From positions 67,642,001 through 67,706,000 of the forward strand of contig NC_058377.1 of assembly GCF_018350175.1 (NCBI RefSeq): a stretch of 64,000 bases of DNA. Reading direction: 5' to 3'. This DNA comes from Felis catus. Lineage: Eukaryota. The position numbers and the translations under genes were made by a program. Numbering within the stretch: position 1 is the first letter of the stretch; each line of letters starts with the position of its first letter. The notes beneath the pieces were generated by a model. That model saw nothing but the letters and a program-made list of their open reading frames with translations, was not told the origin of the DNA and made no database searches. Positions 25,574 through 36,710 of the stretch are shown here, in pieces.

Positions 25574-27047
25574 TATTGCATTTAATAACCAATATGGTCT
25601 ACTATAGAAGCTGTGGTTCCTGCAAGTGTCCATGCAAGGGCACCTCTAGAGAATGCTGGGCCATGTCAGGGATCTCAACCCACCATATGCCTTCTGGGGG
25701 GGGCCAGTGCCAGGTTGAAGAATCCTTATTCTACCTTGAAGACAACTGGGAGCTATTGGGACTGTATAAGAAGGAGACTGACTTAACCAGATTTGTGACT
25801 TGGAAGCATGTTTCTAGTGATGGTGTAGAAGATGATTGGATGAAGCACCACAGACAGGTAACCTTGGCAGAAGGCTGGTGATGACAGTCCAAGAGAAAGA
25901 TGGGGTTCTATGTTAGAATAATCTTTTCCCCTTTGGGGGCTACTGAACTGAGTGGCTTGGAAGGACTTGGCCTTGAGATAATGTGTGTTGAGGGGGAGTA
26001 GTTGAATCTCCACAAAATGTGACACTTTTTCTGATGGTGTGGGGCAAGAGTTGGCTGTTTTTTGGTTTTTCCTTTCCCGTTGTGTTTAGGAATTCCCGAA
26101 CACTCCCAGGAAACCTGCCCTTGCAAGATCCTGCCCTCCATACCTCCCACCATCCCGGTGCTCCACAGGGATTCTGAAAAGCTCCAATTCACTGATACAC
26201 ATCAGGGAGAAGCTGCTGCTCAGCTATTTAAGCTTTGACTATCTCTGCTTGAAAAGCTTGAGATAAAATTTTCTAAAGAATCCTCCTTCCTTCATTGCTG
26301 GAGGGGGGCACTTAGGTGGCTTAGGCCCTTAACCAATCACACTCCACCAGCAACCCTGAGAAGATCCCTGAATGTTCTTAAGTGGAAATGAGTGGATCAT
26401 CAACCTTGGGGAAATTCATTCATGAAGCATTTGCCAAGCCCCTACTGTCAATCAGGCGCTTCTGCTCCTTTCACACCTGCACACCACAAAACATGTCATC
26501 AGCCCACAAAAGGGGGTGGCCGAGGCAAATCCAAAGTGGTATTTTATTTCCCTCATTGGGCAAAGCTGGCTCAGCACCGGGGCAATATTAATGGCCAGTT
26601 CCATTTAGGAGCTCCAGAACTGCCCCTTTCTTGGTTCTTCCATTTCCCTAAGGTAATTCTTAGGCATCCAAAGATTATGGCTCTAATGGACAACAGGTCA
26701 AATCAAGCACCGGTTTGATAGGTCACCTCTGTTATTCCCCAGTATCGGAGAATAGCGCTCCCACAAAGATCCCCTTTACTGCACTGTGATGTCTTCTGCA
26801 GAACTTGGAAGCAGTAGCTATAAGGGGCCAAGGCTGCCACTCAGCCCAGACCAGACTTTGGTCTTCGGGATGGTTTTGCAATTAAGTAGGTGATATGGTT
26901 TTCTGCTGATAATCCCTTTTCTGTGGCCAGGAAGTTGATTCAAAGCTGCTTCTCACTGGAAAGCTTTCTTTTTCATTCAAAACTGGGCTCTTAAAGGAGA
27001 CAACTCTTTTTGTACTGAGCATTCAAGCCACCATTGTAAAGGACACC

Positions 27048-27255
27048 TTTTTTTTTTTAATGTTTATTTTTTTTTGTATTTATTTTGAGGGGCGGGGCAG
27101 AGGGAGAGGGAGAGAGAGACAGACAGAGACAGAGACAGAGACAGAGAATCTCAGGCAGGCTCCACGCTGTCAGGGTAGAGTCTGTCGCAGGGCTCCATCT
27201 CAGGAACCTAAATCAAAATCAAGAGTGGGACGCTTAACCAACTGAGCCACCCAGG
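27048..27255 (-). mobile_element. Can-SINE (internally deleted, (GACAGA)n)
   Basis: Antisense head 'gcttaaccaactgagccacccagg' and T tail. Confidence 0.9.
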
Positions 27256-27544
27256 TCTTTGAATTCAAAGAGAGTCTTTTCCTCACATAGACTCTTGGGG
27301 GAGCCTGTCCACTAGGTGTGGGTGTGGGGAAGGGGATTCATGGTGAGGAAATGTTGAGAGTAGAGGGGGAAATAGAGGGGGTCCAAGGATGGGAGAAAGC
27401 CAGACAAACTCAGGAAGAATGCCAGTTGTCTTGAGGGCCAGCCCTGTTGTGGGCACAGAGGTTGAGCAACTCCCCTGTGGGCACAGGGGGATGCTAAGTA
27501 ATCTAATGGGAGGAATCTGCTGGAATCCTAGATCACAGTTAATG

Positions 27545-27790
27545 CTAATAACAGCTACTACTTGCACTATACTTACTATGTGCCAGGCACTATTCTTTGT
27601 ATGTATTAACACATTTAATCCTCAAAACAAGATAAATGTCATTATTATTATTATCATTTTCCAGATGTGGAAATTGAGGCAGAGAGCAGTGGAGTAATTT
27701 GCCCAAGTCACAGGGCTGGTGAGTGGTGAGGCAGGATTCAGAGCTGAGGAATCAGTTGCGGGTCTGTCTGAGATCTGCTGCCCCAGGATG
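27545..27790 (-). mobile_element. MIR
   Basis: 'cagatgtggaaattgaggcagagagcagtggagtaatttgcccaagtcacag' antisense core. Confidence 0.7.
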
Positions 27791-28828
27791 GGGTCTGGAG
27801 AGGGGGCCCCACTCACACCAGCAGGAGGGTCTGGGTGAGTTCCTGGGACCCTCAGGTTTTCACCTACACAGTTGGGGGAAGAATGGATACCAGTGGGTCA
27901 TGGTGAAGAGAAAATGAGACAGTGAGGGGGAAGTGTGCTCTGTGGGCCGGAGGGGTCTGGGCACACCTTCAGTGAGGTTGGTTTGCTGCTAGGAAGAGGG
28001 GAGATGGGAGGCTGAGAGATTGGCTTTTCCAAGGAGAACCCAGCTGGTGCCCCAGAGACTCTGAGATTCTAGGGGAGCCATTGAGCCTGGAGAGGAGATG
28101 AAGGAGGCAAGAGAGAAGGACTCCCAGGAAAGGAAGTGAGCTGGGCATCAACCCCCCTCAGGAGCCATCCAGACCCAGAGATGGAGCTGGAATTCTCACT
28201 TCATGCAAGGTCCCATCTGGGGAGCCGGCAGGGGCCTCTGGACATTCCACTGGAGCCCAGCAGAGTGTTCTACTGCAAACCTCAGAGGTCTCGGGCAGCT
28301 CTCATCAGGGCCCCTCCTCTATCCCTCTTCCCTCCGCTCTAAACTCTGCTCATCTCTCAAGGCCCAGGCCAGATGCTGCCTCCCTCATGAAGCTTCCAGG
28401 TCATTTACAAGACCAAGGACCTTTCAGCTTCCTGAATGACTCACCACTGTGCGTCCACTTTCTGCCTTTTGTCAGGCTTATTTGCATCTGTGTGAGCTCA
28501 CCAAGTGTGGGGAACTTGGTTACTCCCTGAGCCCTTGACAAATGTTTATTTAGTTGAATTGAGGAATGGTTTGGGAGTAGCCACAGCCCTCCTTCTAGCT
28601 CTACTGTGTGACCGTGGGTTAGTCACGAAACCTCTCTGGGCTGTCTCGTCTGATGAGGAGAGGGTTGGGTGGGCTGATTTGGAGGGCCCCTTCAGCTTTG
28701 ACCTCCCAGTGTTCTAGGGATGGAATGTCACGAGGTGGGCAAGCAGAGGTCCACCTGTGTGTCTGAGAGGCTGGCCCCCCTCGGCTGTGGCCTCTGTGGA
28801 GCAGACTCTGTGTCCAGCACTTGTCTTT

Positions 28829-29066
28829 TATTATTATTATTTTTTTATTGTTTATTTTTGAGAACTCCTTTGGGAGTTCTTTGAGAGACAGAGACAGAGC
28901 ACAAGCAGGGGAGGAGCAGAGAGAGGGGGAGACACAGAATCCTAAGCAGGCTCCACGCTCCGAGCTGTCAGCACAGAGCCTGATGCGGGGCTCAAACCCA
29001 CAGACTGTGAGATCGTGACCTGAGCTGAGGTTGGACTCTTAACCAACTGAACCACCCAGGTGCCCC
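28829..29066 (-). mobile_element. Can-SINE
   Basis: 13-bp TSD agcacttgtcttt / agcgcttgtcttt at 28816-28828 and 29069-29081. Confidence 0.95.
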
Positions 29067-30934
29067 CTAGCGCTTGTCTTTAATGTCCTTTGATTCTCAC
29101 TGGCGGCTCTAAGAAGTCATTTAGGACCCTGAGTGGGTAGAATGAACACCGGCTTTATTCGTCTGGCAACAAGAATTTGGTTGGCAATAAATTGCTTGGC
29201 CAATGAGAGCATAATCACTTCTCATCAGATGACCCCTTGCCAGGAGCTGTTCTGAAATCCTGTCTATGGCTGATCCAGCTCTCACTCCCAAGGAAAAAAA
29301 TTAAAAGCAAATTAGACGCAAGGATGATGAATCTGATGAAGGACAAAGATACCCTGAGGTTCTGTCTCCTGTAGAAAGACTCAGGAAGTGGGGAGCAGGT
29401 CACAAGCAATCTTAAGAAGCTGCCAAAGAAGCCTGAGGTGGGAAGAACTGGCAGCCGCCCCCCACCCCCACCCCCAATCTCACGCCTGCGATGTAGGAAA
29501 GCGGGCTTCAGGCCCAATTCCACTGCATGGTGGGCAATTATTCACTCGCCAGGCAGGCAATAAGACAGTTCTCACAACCTGTTCTGTGAGTTCCGCGAAG
29601 TCCCCGCTCTCCATCCTATTACATCCAACCTCACCTTGTGCGAAAGGACAACGCAGACAGGACAAAATCCCATCCGGGGGATTCCATGATTCTGGTCGAC
29701 ATCACAAGGCGAGAAAGCCTCCTAAACCAATGACCAGACCCAGAACTGTGCTTCAGGGGTGAAAGGCACGGGCCTCCTTGGATTCTTATGTCCTTGTCAC
29801 ACAAAGATGAGTATTGTCCCCAAACTATTTTCAGCCAGACCTCATATCTGAACCCCTTTCATTCCACCAATGCAAACTCATTTCTGATATTCATCTTGCT
29901 AGCCAATATGCTACCATTTTCTCCAATAAAACTCATTTCTGACATGCAACATGCTAATTTTCAGAGCCTTAGCTGTTGGTTGAAAAAAAAAAAAATAGAA
30001 GTGCTTACACCGGTCGCTTCTGACATATGGGCTTCATCCTGAGTGTGCATGTTAGCTCATGACCCCTGGTCTGTAGATTCTCAATTAGGGCAACATCTTG
30101 GAAAATTGAGTTCCTCTCTATGCTGAAGTATTTGGAAGTAAATTATGGACATCATAACAAGAAACCAGTAACGGGAGACCCTGTGACTCTGCAAATCATT
30201 GAGTTTGAAGAGAGAAAATAATTTACGAAACCTTATCTCATACACAGCTTCTCTCCCCAGCTGGAGATTCAGTCACTGACTGAGTTCAAATCCCTGATCC
30301 CCATCACCAGCTTCCCTCTGCTCCTGGCCACAGGTGGAGTCACCAAACTCTCCAGAGTCTGGACCGCAGGCAACCTTAACAGAGGAGCCTGGTGCAGATC
30401 TTAGGACGGTGCGTGATCGTAAGTATTCAGGCCACTGGATGAGCCTTCAAGCTGAGTTCCCTCCATAAATTTAGTTTGGTTTGAATTTTATGTCAGTGGC
30501 ATTCCTGGGAGAGATGTGGATTTTCACCTCCTTACAATACAAACCACTAATTCAGGCCTCTGGGAGTTCTTTCGTGGGGGGCTTTCACTTCCTATAAATG
30601 TACTGCCTAGATTTTGGGCACATTTGGGGACTCAGAGTCAGTTTAGCATTTTAAAAAAGCTAAAGAATATGTAAAGCATCCTAATAAAAATATAGTTAGA
30701 GCCCAGGCGGGAGGAATAATCATTACGTTAATGCATGGGGCTCGTATTCCCAAAGGCACTTTTGTGCTTATATAAAATCCTTTCCCCCCTGCTTAACTGG
30801 TCTCAGGCAATGGCACTGTATTTACTGTTTTGTTGTTGTTGTTTTCTGAGACCATTGGCATTTCTGAGTCTGGTTTTTGAAGTTCCATCCATGTTTTTAT
30901 TTATGAAGCAAGCATGATGCAGACAGCCCTGTGA

Positions 30935-31150
30935 ACAGGTCCTGAGTTTTGGAATCAGACACCTGGGGTCCCCTTCACAGCTCTGCCACCCCCCAGCAGG
31001 ATGAGCTTGAGCTCTTCTTAGCTTCAACCTGAGCCCCAGTGTCTGCATGTGTGAAATGGGGCTACTAAAATTTATTTGGGGTCATGGGATGACTAAACTC
31101 ATCAGTATTTGTAAAGTACTTATCATTTAGGAAGTGCTCTGTTAAGGGTA
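30935..31150 (+). mobile_element. MIR
   Basis: 'ggaatcagacacctgggg...ctgcatgtgtgaaatgggg' MIR-like. Confidence 0.5.
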
Positions 31151-31363
31151 GGTGCTTAGTCCAAGGCCAACCTGACAATGCCTGTGTATGGAAACAGCTT
31201 TAGAAATGTGTGCCCTCAGGCGCTGTGAGTGGTTCTGTTCTGAAGAATAATTATTTGTGAGCTAGTGGATCTGAAGCCTGGCTGACAGTGGTGGGTGGGC
31301 CTCAGACCGGGGGTATAGTGCACTTACCATTTGGACCCCCAACTCTGGGCACTGCTTGGTAGA

Positions 31364-32036
31364 CTTAGCAAAGCTCTGGAATCCAGACCTTCTCTGGAGT
31401 CCTGCCTGAAGTTGGTGGTGGCTTGTGCTGGTCCCAAGTGAGGAACGATCGTCAGTCACAGATCCCTGGTTGGGAGACACATGAGGCACTGGCCTCCTCC
31501 TCTCCTCAACACATCCCCTCACCACACCGCCGCCTCCTGAGGCTCAGTCCACCCACCGACCACCCCAGGTCAGGAGGAGGTCCGGCTTGGCATCAGCAGC
31601 CCAGCACCGGGTCCTTCTGACCTTCTGCCATCTCTTCTCTAGCCAGTCCTCCCCTGTCCCTTGTAGCCAGGCTCCAACGATGGAGGTGCTGCTTCAGTTC
31701 CTGTCTGGTGTTTCAGAGGTTCTAGAACTAGAATCGAGCCTTGCTCCCCTTACCCCCCCCCCCCCCCCGCCGCCTTTGCCAGGCCCCAAGAGTCATGCCC
31801 CTGGTTTCCAGGGTCTGTGACTGGGGTCCTGCTACCTTCTCGGAGACACCCCTAACCCTGGGGTCCCTACTCAATGTCCACTGCCTAACCCATCACCAAG
31901 CATTTGACCGTGTGTGAGTCCATCTGGCCGTGGGCCTTGGCCACCCTTGGGCTGGTGTGTCCCACCCTGCCTGAGCCCTGGGCCGGGCCCAGGAGGGCAT
32001 AGCCGCTGCCAGCCCCAGCTGACATGGGCACAGTCA
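31364..32036 (+). repeat. Left arm of a long inverted repeat (673 bp, unique GC-rich sequence)
   Basis: Manual alignment to the reverse complement of 33079-33745: 11 substitutions and a C16/C11 difference over the 654-bp core. Confidence 0.97.
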
Positions 32037-32376
32037 GCACAGAGGCCATCTGCTGGGTGTCCAGGGAGCCCACACACACTTGGCTGGGAGTCAGGAAGTC
32101 TCAACTGGGGAGCAGCATCCGCCCCTCACGGCCTCTGCTGGAGAGTTGTGGGAGGGTTCTGCAACCCCAGCTCCTTGCTCACGCTGTCTCTGCAGGCTCT
32201 GAAGCAGCCTGTGTCAGGAATGTGGGAGGGGGCGCAGATCAAGGCGGGGGAGCTGCCGGCAGCTGTAGGGAGGGGCGGGGGTGGCAGCTGCTGCTGTGAC
32301 CGCCCACTCTCCTGTCCCCTCCACAGTGTGGCATTTTGGGACCAAAGGAAGCCTCCACCCCAGATGCTTCTGGGCT

Positions 32377-32436
32377 GAATGTAGAGACATGGGCAGGATC
32401 AGGCCCGAATGTAGAGACATGGGCAGAATCAGGCCC
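32377..32436. repeat. 30-bp tandem duplication
   Basis: gaatgtagagacatgggcag(g/a)atcaggccc twice, one mismatch. Confidence 0.95.
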
Positions 32437-32624
32437 TCACTATGTCCTTGGTCAATAATTAACATGAACAAGACTCCAAAGCTGTTTTTCAATGCCCAGC
32501 CCCTTGTCCCCCACTTCTGCTAGTCAGCTTCTAATTGATCTGAAGCAGAGTCTGGGCTAAGTATTTTTCAAAGCTCTCCAGGTGATGATGATGTGTAGCC
32601 AGTGCTGAGAACTTCGGCTCCAGA

Positions 32625-33008
32625 GCTTTGCTATTCAAAGTGTGGCCCATGGGCCAGCAAAACTGACATCACCAGGGAGCTTGTTATTAATGCAGGGGCG
32701 CCTGGCTGGCTCCGTCGGTCAAGCGTTCAACTCTTGCTTTCAGCTCAGGTCATGATCTCGTGATTTGTGAGGTGGAGTCCTGAGTCAGGCTCTGCACTGA
32801 CAGTGTGGAACCAGCTTGGGATTCTCTCTCTCCCTCTCTCTCTGCCCCTCCCCAGCACGTGCGTGCTCACACACACATTCTCTCTCTCAAAATAAACAAA
32901 CATGTAAAAAATAAATAAATGCAGACTCTCAACCCCAGCTATGGAATCCGAATCTGCTTTGTAAGATCCCCAGGGGGTTCAGAGGCACATTAAATTTGGG
33001 AATCACTG
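32625..33008 (+). mobile_element. MER5A-like hAT-Charlie element split by a SINE (a second MER5-like piece lies at about 32530-32612)
   Basis: 'ttcaaagtgtggcccatgggccagc...cagggagcttgttattaatgcag' and 3' end 'cacattaaatttgggaatcactg'. Confidence 0.7.
32695..32918 (+). mobile_element. Can-SINE in the inverted-repeat spacer
   Basis: GGGGCGCCTGGCTGGCTC head; short TSD aatgcag. Confidence 0.95.
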
Positions 33009-33078
33009 TGGGAAATAAAATCAACCTTCACCCAAGGAGGGCTGTTTTAGGACACCTCTGGCTGCTGCTTAATGGTTG

Positions 33079-33745
33079 TGACTGTGGCCATGTCAGCTGG
33101 GGCTGGCAGCGGCTATGCCCTCCTGGGCCCGGCCCAGGGCTCAGTCAGGGTGGGACACACCAGCCCAAGGGTGGCCAAGGCCCACGGCCAGATGGACTCA
33201 CACACGGTCAAATGCTTGGTGATGGGTTAGGCAGTGGACATTGAGTGGGGAGCCCAGGGTTAGGGGTGTCTCCGAGAAGGTAGCAGGACCCCAGTCACAG
33301 ACCCTGGAAACCAGGGGCATGACTCTTGGGGCCTGGCAAAGGCGGCGGGGGGGGGGGTAAGGGGAGCAAGGCTCGATTCTAGTTCTAGAACCTCTGAAAC
33401 ACCAGACAGGAACTGAAGCAGCACCTCCATCGTTGGAGCCTGGCTACAAGGGACAGGGGAGGACTGGCTAGAGAAGAGGTGGCAGAAGGTCAGAAGGACC
33501 CGGTGCTGGGCTGCTGATGCCGAGCCGGACCTCCTCCTGACCTGGGGTGGCCGGTGGGTGGGCTGAGCCTCAGGAGGCGGCGGTGTGGTGAGGGGATGTG
33601 CTGAGGAGAGGAGGAGGCCAGTGCCTCCCGTGTCTCCCAACCAGGGATCTGTGACTGACGATCGTTCCTCACTTGGGACCAGCACAAGCCACCACCAACT
33701 TCAGGCAGGACTCCAGAGAAGGTCTGGTTTCTAGAGCCTTGTAAG
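33079..33745 (-). repeat. Right arm of the long inverted repeat (667 bp)
   Basis: Reverse complement of 31364-32036; the ORF track shows near-identical peptides on opposite strands (31423+ and 33490-). Confidence 0.97.
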
Positions 33746-33784
33746 GAGTGGGTAACCAACCTTTGTATTGGTCCGTTTTCTCCA

Positions 33785-34001
33785 AATTTCTTTTCCAGGA
33801 AACCTGCTTTTGCTTGTGAGGCCTTCAGCTGATTGAATGAGGTCTAGCCACATTATGGAGGGTAACCGCCTTTACTTCAAGTCTGCTGATTGTAGTTTAC
33901 CCTGTCTACAAATACCTTCAGGGCCACGCCTAGATTAGTGTTTGATTGAACCACTGGGTGATGTAGCCCAGCCAAGCTGACACCTGAAAGCAATCATCAC
34001 A
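33785..34001 (-). mobile_element. ERVL LTR fragment (MLT2-type)
   Basis: 'gaggccttcagctgattgaatgaggtctagccacattatggagggtaa...gccaagctgacacctgaaagcaatcatcaca' matches the recalled antisense MLT2 5' end. Confidence 0.7.
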
Positions 34002-34244
34002 CCCTCCAATGTGTCCACTGGTGTGGTTTTGGGGTGCCAGTGCCTTTAGGGGAGCGAGCGTTTGCCTGCCTGTCTGTACGCAGGGCTGGATGCTGGTGTT
34101 CAGTAGGGATGGGAATGGATCCTCCCTGTCCTTCTCCACCCCTGCCTGGGCTCAGGTCCCCAGCACCCAAAGCTTAATCAGTGCCACAGTCTCCCAACCG
34201 TGGTTTCCAGCCTTTTCTCACACCACACCCAGCAAGACCTTCTT

Positions 34245-34466
34245 TTTAAAAAAATTTTTTTTTCAACGTTTATTTATTTTGGGGACAGAGAGAGACAGAG
34301 CATGAACGGGGGAGGGGCAGAGAGAGAGGGAGACACAGAATCGGAAACAGGCTCCAGGCTCTGAGCCATCAGCCCAGAGCCTGACGCGGGGCTCGAACTC
34401 ACGGACCGCGAGATCGTGACCTGGCTGAAGTCGGACGCTTAACCGACTGCGCCACCCAGGCGCCCC
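34245..34466 (-). mobile_element. Very young Can-SINE
   Basis: Perfect 12-bp TSD caagaccttctt (34233-34244, 34469-34480); CpGs retained; intact A box TGGCGCAGTCGG and B box GTTCGAGCC. Confidence 0.98.
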
Positions 34467-34699
34467 AACAAGACCTTCTTAAAAGCAAATCCAATCAGCT
34501 CACTCCCTGTCTCCCTAAACTATTTTGGTTGCCTTTCTCTTAGCACAGCTGACTTCTTTCCAGCCAAGCCACTGCCTGCAGGAACTACCAATACGTCCTC
34601 AAAAATCCAGGCAGCCTCATATCTTTGGGTGTTTGCTCATGCCAAGAATGCAACTTCTTTACTTATGCACTCTATCCTGTCTCTCTTTTATCTGTCACC

Positions 34700-35095
34700 C
34701 ACTGCCTATGTACACACACTCAGACACACATGCATGTACACACGTGTGAGCACACATTCAAGAATGCCTAGTCTAGTGGGGTATCTAGACCTCCTCTATG
34801 AAGTCTTTCCTTGCCTCTCCTCGCCACCTTAGGACTAACCACTCTGTCCTTTTTGTCCTCTCATCCACTCACCCCGTGCACTTGCCCACCCTGGGGTCTG
34901 CTTCCAGCACAGGGCCTGGTTTATCTTATTGCCCTGAGTTTTATCTGTCTTCTGCAGTGATAGTGCATTCCACGGGAGTCTGTCTCCGGCAGGATCACGG
35001 GGCCAGATATGCATGCAGTCGGCTCTCAGTCAGTGTCTGTAAACGAACAGTGATGGAAGGAATGAGCAACTAAATGGATACATGCATGCGTGAAT
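34700..35095 (+). mobile_element. L2 3' fragment
   Basis: Degenerate L2-like 3' region ending in 'gaatgagcaactaaatgga'. Confidence 0.4.
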
Positions 35096-35157
35096 ACCAA
35101 GCCTCCCCCAACCAGCTCATTTCTTTTTTTACCCTTTGAAGCATCCTGATGCCTTCT

Positions 35158-35373
35158 CTTTTTTTTTTAACTTAAAAAAAAATTATATTTTGAGAAAGAG
35201 AGAATGTGAGCAGGGGAGGGACAGAGAGAGAGAGGGAGAGAGAGAATCCAAAGCAGGCTCTGAACTGCCAGCGTGGAGCCTGATGTGGGGCTCAGACTCA
35301 TGAACCATAAGATCATGACCTGAGCCGAAACCAAGAGTTGGACGCTTAACCAACTGAGCCACCCGGGCACCCC
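35158..35373 (-). mobile_element. Can-SINE
   Basis: 20-bp TSD gaagcatcctgatgccttct / gaagctttctgatgccttct. Confidence 0.95.
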
Positions 35374-35504
35374 AGAAGCTTTCTGATGCCTTCTAATTCC
35401 CACTGACAACCTGAGACTCAAAGAGGATGTTTGGATCCCATTAGGTCAGCCAGAATCTCACTCCTTCTCCCCACCGCTGGGCAGAGCAGAGGTGGGGGTA
35501 ACAA

Positions 35505-35720
35505 ATGCAATAGCTTGTGTGTGTCGAGCACTTACTATGTGCTGAGCTTTACGTAGATTATTTTATTGAATACTTACAACTCTGAGGGCAAGTACTTGTA
35601 TTATCCCCACTGTGCAGATGAGAAAACTGAGACTCAGTGACACAGCTAGTAAGGGGCAGAGCCAGGGCTTGAACTTGGGCACCAAGCCTGATTCCAGGGT
35701 CCCCCCTCAACCACCACACT
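35505..35720 (-). mobile_element. MIR
   Basis: 'gtgcagatgagaaaactgagactcagtgacacagctagtaagg' antisense core. Confidence 0.7.
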
Positions 35721-36264
35721 AGACTGTCTCCCAGGGGGACATACAGTTGCATTGAACAATTTGGTGGAAAGCACTTTATTTAAATACAACTCAGACCACA
35801 ATTTGATTTAAAAAGTATATTTTCACTTTTATTATTTATAGGTAATGTTGATGCATGATGAAGTTTCTTCTAATGCACTTATTTTTTATTGAGATATAAT
35901 TCACATATCATAAATTCATCCTTTTAAAGTGTACAATTTAGTGGTTTTAGTATATTCATAAAGTTGTACCATCACCAGCCACTATCTGATTCCAGAACAT
36001 TTTTATCACCCCCCTCCCCAAAAGAAACTACATATACCCACTAGCAGTCACTTCCCATTGCCCCTCCCTCCAGCCCCTGGCAATCACTAATCTACTTTTG
36101 TCTCCGTTAGTTTGTTTATGCTGGACATTTTATATAAATGGAATCAGATATTTTGGGGCCTTCTGTGTCATTTTTTCACTTAGCCTGATGTTTCCAGTTT
36201 TGTCCATGTTGTAGCATGTATCAATAAATCATTCCTTTCCGTGGCTGGATAATATTTTATTGTA

Positions 36265-36574
36265 CAGTAGGCTGAGTAATGACTCCCAAAGACATCCGTG
36301 GCCCATCCCTGGAATGTGATCTTATATGGCAAAAGGGATTTTGCAGATGTGACTAACTGAGGATTTGAGATGGGAAGATTATCCTGGATTATGATAAGGA
36401 TAAGGATAAAAGCAGGATTGCCGTGTTGCTCTTTGAAGATGGAGGGAGAGGCTTCAAGCCAAGGAATACCCAGTGGCCACTGGAAGCACCAAAGGCAAGG
36501 AAAGAGATTCCTCCTTCATAACCTCTAGAAGGCACAAGTCCTGCCTCTAGCCAGTGAAACCAGTTAAGGGCTTT
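36265..36574 (+). mobile_element. MaLR LTR (MLT1D-like), running into the gap
   Basis: 'atatggcaaaagggattttgcagatgtgac...gagatgggaagattatcctggatta' and 'ctggaagcaccaaaggcaaggaa'. Confidence 0.75.
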
Positions 36575-36710
36575 NNNNNNNNNNNNNNNNNNNNNNNNNN
36601 NNNNNNNNNNNNNNNNNNNNNNNNNNNNNNNNNNNNNNNNNNNNNNNNNNNNNNNNNNNNNNNNNNNNNNNNNNNNNNNNNNNNNNNNNNNNNNNNNNNN
36701 NNNNNNNNNN
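36575..36710. other. Assembly gap (136 N)
   Basis: N run. Confidence 1.

Noticed and set aside
29290-29430. Purine-rich, coding-looking stretch (DDESDEGQRYPEVLSPVERLRKW)
   Set aside because: Short, closed by stops, no convincing splice sites and no recognised homologue; BLASTX would settle it.
32281-32523. ORF with the repeated decapeptide ECRDMGRIRP
   Set aside because: Produced by the 30-bp tandem duplication; no other coding signal.
31364-33745. Palindrome as a foldback or TIR transposon
   Set aside because: No target-site duplication at the outer ends, no transposase remnant, and the spacer contains ancient MER5 relics.
31423-33759. Near-identical peptides on opposite strands as duplicated coding genes
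   Set aside because: They follow from the inverted repeat. The poly-C length difference (16 vs 11) shifts the frame between arms, and no peptide resembles a known protein.
36393-36411. (GATAAG)3 as a GATA site cluster
   Set aside because: It sits at an apparent internal deletion junction of the MLT1 LTR and is best explained as slippage.
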